Assembly (NCBI GenBank): GCA_028713575.1
Contig: JAQTOB010000005.1
Location: forward strand, 1-32,000
Direction: 5' to 3'
Origin: Patescibacteria group bacterium
GTDB taxonomy: Bacteria > Patescibacteriota > Patescibacteriia > UBA2591 > UBA6264
Length of the DNA stretch: 32,000 nucleotides
Made by a program: the position numbers and the translations under genes. Shown one piece after another: positions 25,447-32,000 of the stretch. The notes below the pieces were generated by a model. The model searched no databases. It was not told the origin of the DNA and was given only the letters and a program-made list of their open reading frames with translations. The stretch's first letter is position 1, and the number at the start of each line of letters is the position of its first letter.

Positions 25447-25512
25447 GTTATTAATCTAAAAAATTTAAATATCAAAATGACATATAAAAATATAAATTTT
25501 TTATCAAATTCA

Positions 25513-25536
25513 TTTTGAATTTTACATTGTCATTTT
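25513..25536. repeat. Intergenic motif copy B (TTTTGAATTTTACATTGTCATTTT)
   Basis: It matches 17185-17207 with one extra A. A partial echo, GTGTTTTACATTT, follows at about 25551-25563. Confidence 0.6.
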
Positions 25537-25605
25537 ATACTTTGATTTTTGTGTTTTACATTTATATCCTATATTATACTCTAAAAAACGTAAATTGTAT
25601 AATCA

Positions 25606-26523
25606 ATGTCAAATTATAAACCAAAATTAATCACCCTTGTCGGTCCCACCGCTAGCGGTAAAACTAACTTGGCCTTAAAATTGGCTTATCAATTTAACGG
25701 TGAAATAATATCCGCTGACAGCCGAACAATTTATCAAGAAATGAACATTGGCACGGCCAAACCGACCATGGAACAACGCTTAAAAGTCCCTCATTACTTA
25801 ATTGACATTATTGCGCCTGACCAAGAATTTACTGTTGCCGAATTTAAAAAAGAAGCCTTAAAATGTATTGATAGAATTATTAAGCGCTATCGAATCCCCT
25901 TTTTGGTCGGCGGAACCGGTTTATATATAAGCTCGATTATTGACAATCTGGAAATCCCTCGTGTTCCTCCAGATGAAAAATTAAGATTGCAATTAGAAGA
26001 AAAAATTAATAAACACGGACTTGATTATCTCTGGAAAAAGTTAGTCAAACTTGACCCTGAAGCCGCAGACTTTGTTCAAAAACAAAATCCACGACGGATT
26101 ATTCGAGCATTGGAAGTCTGTTTAAAAACAAAAAAACCGTTTTCTAAATTAAGAAAAAAGGGCAAGCCCCTGTTTAATTGTTTACGATTAGGCATTAAAA
26201 TATCAAAAAATAATCTATCTGAAAATATAAACCGACGGATAAATGAAATGATAAAAAGCGGCTTGGTGGAAGAAACAAAAAATTTAATTAAAAAATACTC
26301 CTCTCCTTCTCCCTGTTTAAATACTATTGGCTATAGAGAAATCGTTTCTTATTTAAAAAATGAAATTAATTTTGAACAAGCGGTTGAATTAATAAAAAAA
26401 AATACGCATCAATACGCGCGTCGGCAAATTACCTGGTTTAAAAGAGATAAACAAATACATTGGATAAAAAATCAGAAAGAAGCAGAAAAACTCATCAGAA
26501 ACTTTTTGCACATTGAAAATTAA
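25606..26523 (+). CDS. miaA: tRNA dimethylallyltransferase
   Basis: 305 aa. It has a P-loop (LVGPTASGKT), then SADSRTIYQEMNIGTAKP and VPHYLIDI. The C-terminus reads YARRQITWFK. Confidence 0.95.
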   Translation: MSNYKPKLITLVGPTASGKTNLALKLAYQFNGEIISADSRTIYQEMNIGTAKPTMEQRLKVPHYLIDIIAPDQEFTVAEFKKEALKCIDRIIKRYRIPFLVGGTGLYISSIIDNLEIPRVPPDEKLRLQLEEKINKHGLDYLWKKLVKLDPEAADFVQKQNPRRIIRALEVCLKTKKPFSKLRKKGKPLFNCLRLGIKISKNNLSENINRRINEMIKSGLVEETKNLIKKYSSPSPCLNTIGYREIVSYLKNEINFEQAVELIKKNTHQYARRQITWFKRDKQIHWIKNQKEAEKLIRNFLHIEN

Positions 26524-26675
26524 AATCGCAAATAAGAAACAATATTAAAAATCCAAATCTAAAATTCCAAACAATTTAAATATTAAAATTTTGATATTAG
26601 AATTTGTTTAATATTTGATGCTTGAAATTTGGCGCCCAATTATTACTTACCGGAAGCTAACATTTAAAACCCAGT

Positions 26676-28151
26676 CTACTTTTTAAGTTCCCTTTCCAAT
26701 ATTTCTTGTACCAATTTTGGCTCAACCTGTCCCCGGGTTTTTTTCATTATTTGTCCGATTAAATATTGAATAATATTTGTTTTCCCCTGATTTATTTTTT
26801 TTACTATTTCCGGATTATTATTAATAACTTCTTGAACAATTTTCTTCAATTCATCTTTGTTTTCCGTTGTTTTAAAATTATATTCGGAAATAATTTCTTC
26901 AACATTTTTTCCAGTTTCAAAAATTTTCTTTAAAATTTCCTGGCCGGCGTAGTCGGGAATTTTTCGTTCAAGAATTTTATTTAAAAATTCGGAAAAATCT
27001 TCCGGTGTAATTTGAAATTCCTTTTCCGGTGAATTCTTCTGTAAAACCAATAATTGATTTATTAACCATTTATTTATCAATTTTTTTGTTTTGGCTGATA
27101 TTTCTTTTTTTGAACATCCAATTTCTTTTAAAAACTCATTAAGTTTAAAAATAACACGCTTGCTATAAACGCCCGTCGGTTCAGTCTGGGCTAAAATTTT
27201 CGCCTGACCAGCGTCAAATCCGCATTCTTCCATAAAATATTTTCTTTTTTGAAAAGGCAATTCCGGCAAATTATTTTTTAAAAAATCAATGTCAATTCCC
27301 TGCTCTTTAAAAAAATTTACATCAATCAAGGGCAAATCTGGCTCAGGAAAATAACGATAATCATTTTCTTCTTCCTTGCTCCTCTGTTTAAAAGTTAGTT
27401 CCCTGTTTTCATCCCAGCCTTTAGTTATCTGATGCTTTGGCGGATTGTTCTTATTCCAAGATTCTTTTTGTTGCTTAATTTCATAATTCAAAGCATTTTC
27501 CACCGCCCTAAAAGAATTAAGATTCTTGATTTCAATTTTAGGATAAAAATTTTTATCGCCCTTTGGTCTTAAAGAAATATTGCTATCACAGCGCAATTGC
27601 CCCTTTTCCATGTCAGCGTCGGAAATGCCCAAACATCTGACAATTCTTTGCAATTCTTCAAGAAAAACTTTTGCTTGATTTGGGCTTTTGATTTCCGGCC
27701 GGGTAACGATTTCCACTAAAGGCACGCCCGCCCGGTTGAAATCAAGCAAACTTAAATCATTAAAATGAAAAATTTTAGCCGTGTCTTCTTCCAGATGAAT
27801 TCTTTCTAAATTAATAATTCCCTCTTCTGTTTGTACTCTTCCTCCACTAACCAAAGGTAATTGATATTGGCTAATCTGATAACCTTTGGGTAAATCCGGA
27901 TAAAAATAGTTTTTGCGTTCAAAAAAAGAATTTTCATTAATTTTGCCATTCAGAGCCAATCCTAACTTAAGGGCTTTAATAACCGCTTCTTTATTGAGGG
28001 TCGGTAAAACGCCGGGATGACCTAAGCAAACCGGACAAACATTAACATTCGGTTCATCGGCTTCCTTGTTTGAACAAGCGCAAAAAAACTTTGATTTAGT
28101 GTTAAGTTCAAGATGAACCTCAAGTCCAATTATTGATTCTAAATTTAACAT
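26676..28151 (-). CDS. gatB: Asp-tRNA(Asn)/Glu-tRNA(Gln) amidotransferase subunit B
   Basis: The start was set to the ATG at 28151 (MLNLESIIGLEVHLELNTKSKFFC...); the ORF-track start at 28163 is a TTG. The motifs VCPVCLGHPGVLP, NRAGVPLVEIV and a C-terminal GatB/YqeY domain are present. No gatA or gatC is adjacent. Confidence 0.95.
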   Translation of the reverse strand: MLNLESIIGLEVHLELNTKSKFFCACSNKEADEPNVNVCPVCLGHPGVLPTLNKEAVIKALKLGLALNGKINENSFFERKNYFYPDLPKGYQISQYQLPLVSGGRVQTEEGIINLERIHLEEDTAKIFHFNDLSLLDFNRAGVPLVEIVTRPEIKSPNQAKVFLEELQRIVRCLGISDADMEKGQLRCDSNISLRPKGDKNFYPKIEIKNLNSFRAVENALNYEIKQQKESWNKNNPPKHQITKGWDENRELTFKQRSKEEENDYRYFPEPDLPLIDVNFFKEQGIDIDFLKNNLPELPFQKRKYFMEECGFDAGQAKILAQTEPTGVYSKRVIFKLNEFLKEIGCSKKEISAKTKKLINKWLINQLLVLQKNSPEKEFQITPEDFSEFLNKILERKIPDYAGQEILKKIFETGKNVEEIISEYNFKTTENKDELKKIVQEVINNNPEIVKKINQGKTNIIQYLIGQIMKKTRGQVEPKLVQEILERELKK

Positions 28152-28241
28152 AAATGAAAACAATGCTAATCTATGAATACGTCCGAATACTACGAATTCG
28201 TTGTATTCATCTGGTTAATTCGCATTAATTCGTATCGCTAT

Positions 28242-29621
28242 TTAAAAAACATTTTTTCTTGATAAAACGACCGGTATTGTTTTTATAATAATTTGAAAAT
28301 CAAACATTAATGACCAATTTTCAATGTAATAAATATCCAATTTTGACTCTTCTTCAAACGAGAGTTTTGAACGACCGGAAATTTGGGCCAAACCGGTTAT
28401 TCCCGGTTTAATGGTCAATAATTGTTTATGATTTCGTTGATATTGAGCCACCTCCTGCGGTTCATGAGGACGAGGACCGACCAAACTCATTTCTCCTTTT
28501 AAAACATTAAATAACTGGGGCAATTCGTCAAGACTAATTCGGCGTAAAATTCTGCCAAATTTAGTAATCCGCGGATCATTTTTCATTTTAAAAAGCGGAC
28601 CGTCTTTTCTTTCGTTATACTTTAATAAATCTTTTTTCATTTGATGGGCATTATGAATCATGGAACGAAATTTATAAAGATTAAAAACTTTTCCCCTTTC
28701 TCCAATTCTATTTAACTTAACCAAAACAGTTCCCTGAGAATCAAATTTAATAATTACGGAAATAATCATAAAAAGCGGAAAAAGAATAATTAACAAAATT
28801 GAGGAAAAAAATAAGTCAAATGAACGTTTAATGATTTTCCCCCAGCCATCAAGGGCGGTTTTTTGAATAACCACGACAGGAATACCGGCTAAAGTTTCCG
28901 TTTTTACATTACCGGAAAAAGAATTAAATATATCCGCCGTATATTTAAAAATAATTTGATGTTCATTGCAAAACTCTATCAATTTTAAAACTTCTTCCCG
29001 CCCAATATTCGGATCAGCCTGAATTATTTGACTAACCGTTCTGGCTCTATCTGACCAGTTTTCAACTAAATCTTCAATTGTTTTTACCCATTCTAAAACG
29101 CAATATCCTAAACCCGGATTGGACTTAAAATGATGATTTATTTCTTCCGCTGTTTGACCGGCCCCGAAAACCAAAATCGGTTCTAATCCTTTACCGCGAC
29201 GATAATATCTTAATTGTAAATAATGGATAAAAAACCGTCCCAAGGCCACAAAAATAAAAGTGATTAACCAACCGGCCAAAATAATAAAACGGGAAGAAAA
29301 ATATTCCCGCTTAAAAAAAATAAAAAGAACGATTATCATTGTACCAACCGTACAGGCTAAAAAAATTTTGGATATTTCTTTGGAAAAATGTCTTTTCTCA
29401 TTAAGACCGTAAAGACCAATTAAAGAAAAAATAATCAACCAAATCAAAAAAATGATTAGCAAAGAAATCAAATAATGGCTAAAATTGATTTCATAAATAG
29501 CCGGCCTTAATTCCACTAAGGCGCTAAAACGGAGATAATAAACAAAAATTCCCGCTAAAATAAGCATTAAATAATCTAAGGGAACCAATATGGCGGAAAA
29601 GATAAGGTCAAATTTTTTCAT
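28242..29621 (-). CDS. Polyprenyl-phosphate glycosyl-1-phosphate transferase (WbaP/EpsB-like bacterial sugar transferase)
   Basis: The start was set to the ATG at 29621 (MKKFDLIFSAILVPLDY...); the ORF-track start at 29681 would overlap the rnpB promoter. It has N-terminal TM helices. The C-terminal Bac_transf domain contains KRSFDLFFSSILLIILFPLF, YKFRSM, DPRITKFGRILRRISLDELPQLFNVLKGEMSLVGPRP. Confidence 0.88.
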   Translation of the reverse strand: MKKFDLIFSAILVPLDYLMLILAGIFVYYLRFSALVELRPAIYEINFSHYLISLLIIFLIWLIIFSLIGLYGLNEKRHFSKEISKIFLACTVGTMIIVLFIFFKREYFSSRFIILAGWLITFIFVALGRFFIHYLQLRYYRRGKGLEPILVFGAGQTAEEINHHFKSNPGLGYCVLEWVKTIEDLVENWSDRARTVSQIIQADPNIGREEVLKLIEFCNEHQIIFKYTADIFNSFSGNVKTETLAGIPVVVIQKTALDGWGKIIKRSFDLFFSSILLIILFPLFMIISVIIKFDSQGTVLVKLNRIGERGKVFNLYKFRSMIHNAHQMKKDLLKYNERKDGPLFKMKNDPRITKFGRILRRISLDELPQLFNVLKGEMSLVGPRPHEPQEVAQYQRNHKQLLTIKPGITGLAQISGRSKLSFEEESKLDIYYIENWSLMFDFQIIIKTIPVVLSRKNVF

Positions 29622-29670
29622 CCCGTTAGAAATTAGATAAATTAACTCTTTTATTTTAACAAAAAAAACA

Positions 29671-29698
29671 TTGACAATCAAGTAAAATTTGATATACT
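29671..29698 (+). promoter_or_regulatory. Promoter of RNase P RNA
   Basis: TTGACA (29671-29676), a 16-nt spacer ending in TGA (extended -10-like), then TATACT (29693-29698). It lies about 10 nt upstream of the first P1 nucleotide. Confidence 0.6.
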
Positions 29699-29708
29699 AA
29701 AATAAACT

Positions 29709-30180
29709 TGAGCAGATGTAGCGATCGCCCTAAACAAAGTTTAGGGAGGAAAGTCCGAACACTCCCTTGTTTTACAAGGAGATAAGTAGCAGGTAACGCC
29801 TGTCGCCATTTTGTCTGCGAGCGAATGCGAGTGGCTATAAAATTGAGCGTCCGCCAAAGCTTTGGCAAAGGCGGGCCCGCTTTGGTCCTTTCGGACTTCG
29901 GCGGGTACTCAATTTTGCAACTTCACTTCGCTTAGACGAAATCGGTAGAGGTGCGAACAGAGACGCATTCGGCCGAAAGGCTAAATGACCCATTGAAAAA
30001 TGGGAGAGTCCTATAGTAATATAGGGGTGAAACGGCTAAACCCTTACTTGAGTGAAAGGCCAAAAAATCCTTGAATTTTAATTCAAGGAAGGTGGGCCGC
30101 TTGAGGCCAATTGCGAAATTGGTCCTAGATAAATGATCGCGCCCTTTAGGGCAACAGAATTCGGCTTACTTATCTGCTTA
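29709..30180 (+). ncRNA. rnpB: RNase P RNA, bacterial type A
   Basis: Universal elements appear in the right order. These are GGGAGGAAAGTCCGAACAC (P4 5' strand), GCAGGTAACGCCTG, GGGGTGAAACGG, AAGGCCAAAAAATCC, GCCGCTTGAGGCCAATTGCGAAATTGGTCCTAGATAAATGATCGC and ACAGAATTCGGCTTA (P4 3' strand). P1 pairs AGCAGAT 29711-29717 with ATCTGCT 30172-30178. The ends are approximate to a few nt. Confidence 0.92.
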
Positions 30181-30583
30181 AGTTAATATTTTTATTAATT
30201 ACTTCATTAACAAGCTTGTCGGCTCTTTTATTTTTTTCCCGGGGAATATGGTAAAAATTAACTTTTTTAAAAGATTGAGAAAGATTCCAAATCTTTATAA
30301 ACAAAACTCCTAAATTAGGATTCTTTATTTTATATCTTTGATTAAGTTGTTCAACAATCAATTGGCTGTCTGAATAAAAATCTATTTCCGTGGCTTTTAA
30401 TTCTTTAGCTTTTCCCAGCCCTAAAATTAAAGCTTCATACTCGGCTTGATTATTGGTCGCCTTTTCAAAAAATTTAGAACATTCTTTAATCACATTCATT
30501 TGAGAATCATAAATAACCGCGCCACTGCCGGCTGGCCCAGGATTGCCTCTTGCTCCTCCGTCAGTGTAAATAATTAATTTCAT
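30170..30583 (-). CDS. rnhA: Ribonuclease HI
   Basis: 137 aa. RNase H type 1 catalytic residues sit in the expected context: IYTDGGARGNPGPAG, NNQAEYEALILGL, FYSDSQLIV and NKRADKLV. The last codons overlap the 3' end of rnpB on the opposite strand. Confidence 0.9.
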   Translation of the reverse strand: MKLIIYTDGGARGNPGPAGSGAVIYDSQMNVIKECSKFFEKATNNQAEYEALILGLGKAKELKATEIDFYSDSQLIVEQLNQRYKIKNPNLGVLFIKIWNLSQSFKKVNFYHIPREKNKRADKLVNEVINKNINLSR

Positions 30584-30595
30584 ATTTATAAAAAT

Positions 30596-32000
30596 TTATT
30601 TTAAATTTCGCGCTTCAGATTTCTTAAGGTCCATAACCTTAAGTTGTAATTCTTGCTGTCCATTCCATTGATTAATTCCTAATTGAAATACAATATCAAG
30701 GTAATCGCCGGTTTTAAGTTTTTCAATTCCATCGTCAGCGTCAAAATAAATCATTTTTCGACCATTGCCTACAATAATTCGGCAATGTCGGCCGTTTTGA
30801 CCAACCATTTGCCAATTATCCAAATAAACATTCTTAACTAAAAAATTAGGCTGGTCATTGCCTTTGCCAAAAGGTTCAAATTTTTTTAATTCTTCATACA
30901 AACGCCAATTTACTTCTTTTAAATCAACCTGAGCGTCAATTTTTATTCTCGGTTTCAAGTCTTCTTCATTTAATTGTTCCTGTCCTATCTTTTCAACTTC
31001 TCTTTTAAAATTTTCAAAACTCGTTGCCTCTTTTAAAGCCAAACCAAAAGCCACGGCATGGCCGCCAAAACGAGAAAAATATTTTTTTAACGGCATCAAG
31101 GCCTGATAAATATTAAAATTGGGGATAGACCGACCTGAACCGGCTATTTCTGTTTCTTTTTGCGCTAAAATAATGGCTGGCCGAGAATATTGTTCCAAAG
31201 TTTTATTGGCGCTTAAGCCCAAGACACCCTTGGGCCAATTTTGCCCTAAAACTACTAAAATTTTTTCTTTCGGACTTGGTCCAATTTGATTTTTAATTTC
31301 TTCAAAAGTTTTTTCCACTAATTGCTGTCTTTTTTTATTAAATTCGTTTAAAGTTAGGGCCATTTTCCCCGCTTCATCTTCATCCTGGGTTAAAATGAGA
31401 TTAAAGGCCTCATCCGCATGTTTTATTCTTGAAGCCGCGTTTAAACGCGGACTAATCTGATAAGTAATGCTTGTTGTATCTAAGTCGCCGAAACTAAGAT
31501 TACTTTTTTCAATTAATGCTCTTAATCCTTTATTGCTACTTTTATTTAAAACAACTAATCCGTATTTAACTAAAGTTCTGTTTTCTCCCAATAAAGGCAT
31601 GCAATCAGCAACCGTCCCAACTGCCACTAAGTCAAGAAGCCATTTTTCCGCTCCTTCGCAATTTTCTATCTGGCACCTGGAATCATGTAACAGGGCCTGA
31701 ATTAATTTAAAGGCCACGCCAACGCCAGCCAAAGATTTAAAAGGATATTTTTCTCTGTCCAATTGAGGATTGATAATGGCAAAAGCGTCGGGAATTTTTT
31801 CTGGCTGGCAATGATGGTCGGTAATAATCACATCTAAACCCGCCTGTTTAGCTAAATCAATTTCTTTGACATTGGTAATTCCGCAATCGCAAGTAATAAT
31901 TAATTTTATTTTTTTGGTTAATAATTTTTTAATTAATTTTTCGTTTAACCCATAACCTTCTGTTTCTCTGTCGGGGATATAAGTAACTAAATTTTTTGCT
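30596..32000 (-). CDS. recJ: Single-stranded-DNA-specific exonuclease RecJ (5' end lies beyond the window)
   Basis: The ORF-track start at 31831 is an internal GTG. The frame stays open to position 32000 and reads ...AKNLVTYIPDRETEGYGLNEKLIKKLLTKKIKLIITCDCGITNVKEIDLAKQAGLDVIITDHH. These are RecJ DHH motifs II-III, followed by the DHHA1 region (GGHAVAFG). Confidence 0.9.
   Translation of the reverse strand, partial: AKNLVTYIPDRETEGYGLNEKLIKKLLTKKIKLIITCDCGITNVKEIDLAKQAGLDVIITDHHCQPEKIPDAFAIINPQLDREKYPFKSLAGVGVAFKLIQALLHDSRCQIENCEGAEKWLLDLVAVGTVADCMPLLGENRTLVKYGLVVLNKSSNKGLRALIEKSNLSFGDLDTTSITYQISPRLNAASRIKHADEAFNLILTQDEDEAGKMALTLNEFNKKRQQLVEKTFEEIKNQIGPSPKEKILVVLGQNWPKGVLGLSANKTLEQYSRPAIILAQKETEIAGSGRSIPNFNIYQALMPLKKYFSRFGGHAVAFGLALKEATSFENFKREVEKIGQEQLNEEDLKPRIKIDAQVDLKEVNWRLYEELKKFEPFGKGNDQPNFLVKNVYLDNWQMVGQNGRHCRIIVGNGRKMIYFDADDGIEKLKTGDYLDIVFQLGINQWNGQQELQLKVMDLKKSEARNLK

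Noticed and set aside
25596-25608. TATAAT boxes ending 2-4 nt before the miaA (25598-25603) and higB (20761-20766) start codons, as a sign of leaderless mRNAs.
   Set aside because: Transcription normally starts about 6-8 nt after the -10 hexamer, which would fall inside the coding sequence. In DNA this AT-rich, TATAAT-like hexamers are frequent by chance.
29656-29868. 70-aa minus-strand ORF.
   Set aside because: It lies entirely within the rnpB promoter and the 5' half of the RNase P RNA, and its frame is an artefact of the GC-rich structured RNA.
747-31700. Numerous 60-133 aa ORFs antisense to or overlapping well-supported genes: 163-348, 747-1085, 3964-4266, 4326-4616, 5995-6285, 6325-6648, 7595-7804, 8695-8950, 13476-13724, 15048-15287, 16211-16596, 16789-17052, 17725-17922, 19714-20037, 21920-22935, 25259-25459 and 31467-31700.
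   Set aside because: Each lies inside, or mostly within, a gene with clear family motifs on the other strand or frame. Their translations are low-complexity (F/L/S/I-rich) shadow frames typical of AT-rich DNA. None has independent signals.

Overview
This is an AT-rich, tightly packed bacterial chromosome segment made up almost entirely of core housekeeping genes. In order, these are: rplL and rplJ, an archaeal-type UMP kinase, argS, gap, a DJ-1/PfpI protein, a PSP1/RicT protein, tsf, rpsB, rpmE-prfA, a DUF3048 protein, rplY, an FtsW/RodA-family protein, dnaE, thrS, a HigB/HigA toxin-antitoxin pair, a secreted DUF5667+DUF333 protein, miaB, a PrsW-family protease, miaA, gatB, a polyprenyl-phosphate sugar transferase, RNase P RNA, rnhA and most of recJ (5' end outside the window). 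Several traits suggest a small-genome Candidate Phyla Radiation/Patescibacteria-like organism. These are the DUF5667 protein, the archaeal-type pyrH, a ThrRS lacking the N-terminal TGS domain, rplJ-rplL detached from rplKA/rpoBC, and no Shine-Dalgarno motifs. That assignment is inference, because no rRNA is present to confirm it. The standard genetic code is in use (TAA mostly; TGA terminates ricT, rpsB and the 17330 ORF at sensible lengths). I found no CRISPR array, rRNA, tRNA, transposase, integrase or phage genes. I do not see a convincing multi-gene novel system. The strongest lead is a 560-bp ORF-free region upstream of rplJ (1175-1734). It folds into a chain of hairpins, including two paralogous ~80-nt hairpins with compensatory substitutions and G.U pairs that only work on the + strand, antisense to all neighbouring genes. 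This is a candidate unclassified structured RNA. Secondary leads:
- hairpin-forming palindromic repeats embedded in frame in miaB and thrS
- a perfect 40-bp duplication of the gap start region
- a small accessory islet after thrS (membrane ORF, higBA with a palindromic operator, and a G+C-richer secreted DUF5667-DUF333 Cys-rich protein)
- a 23/24-nt motif shared by two distant intergenic regions

All coordinates and pairings were worked out by hand from the sequence. All family assignments come from remembered motifs, not from searches.
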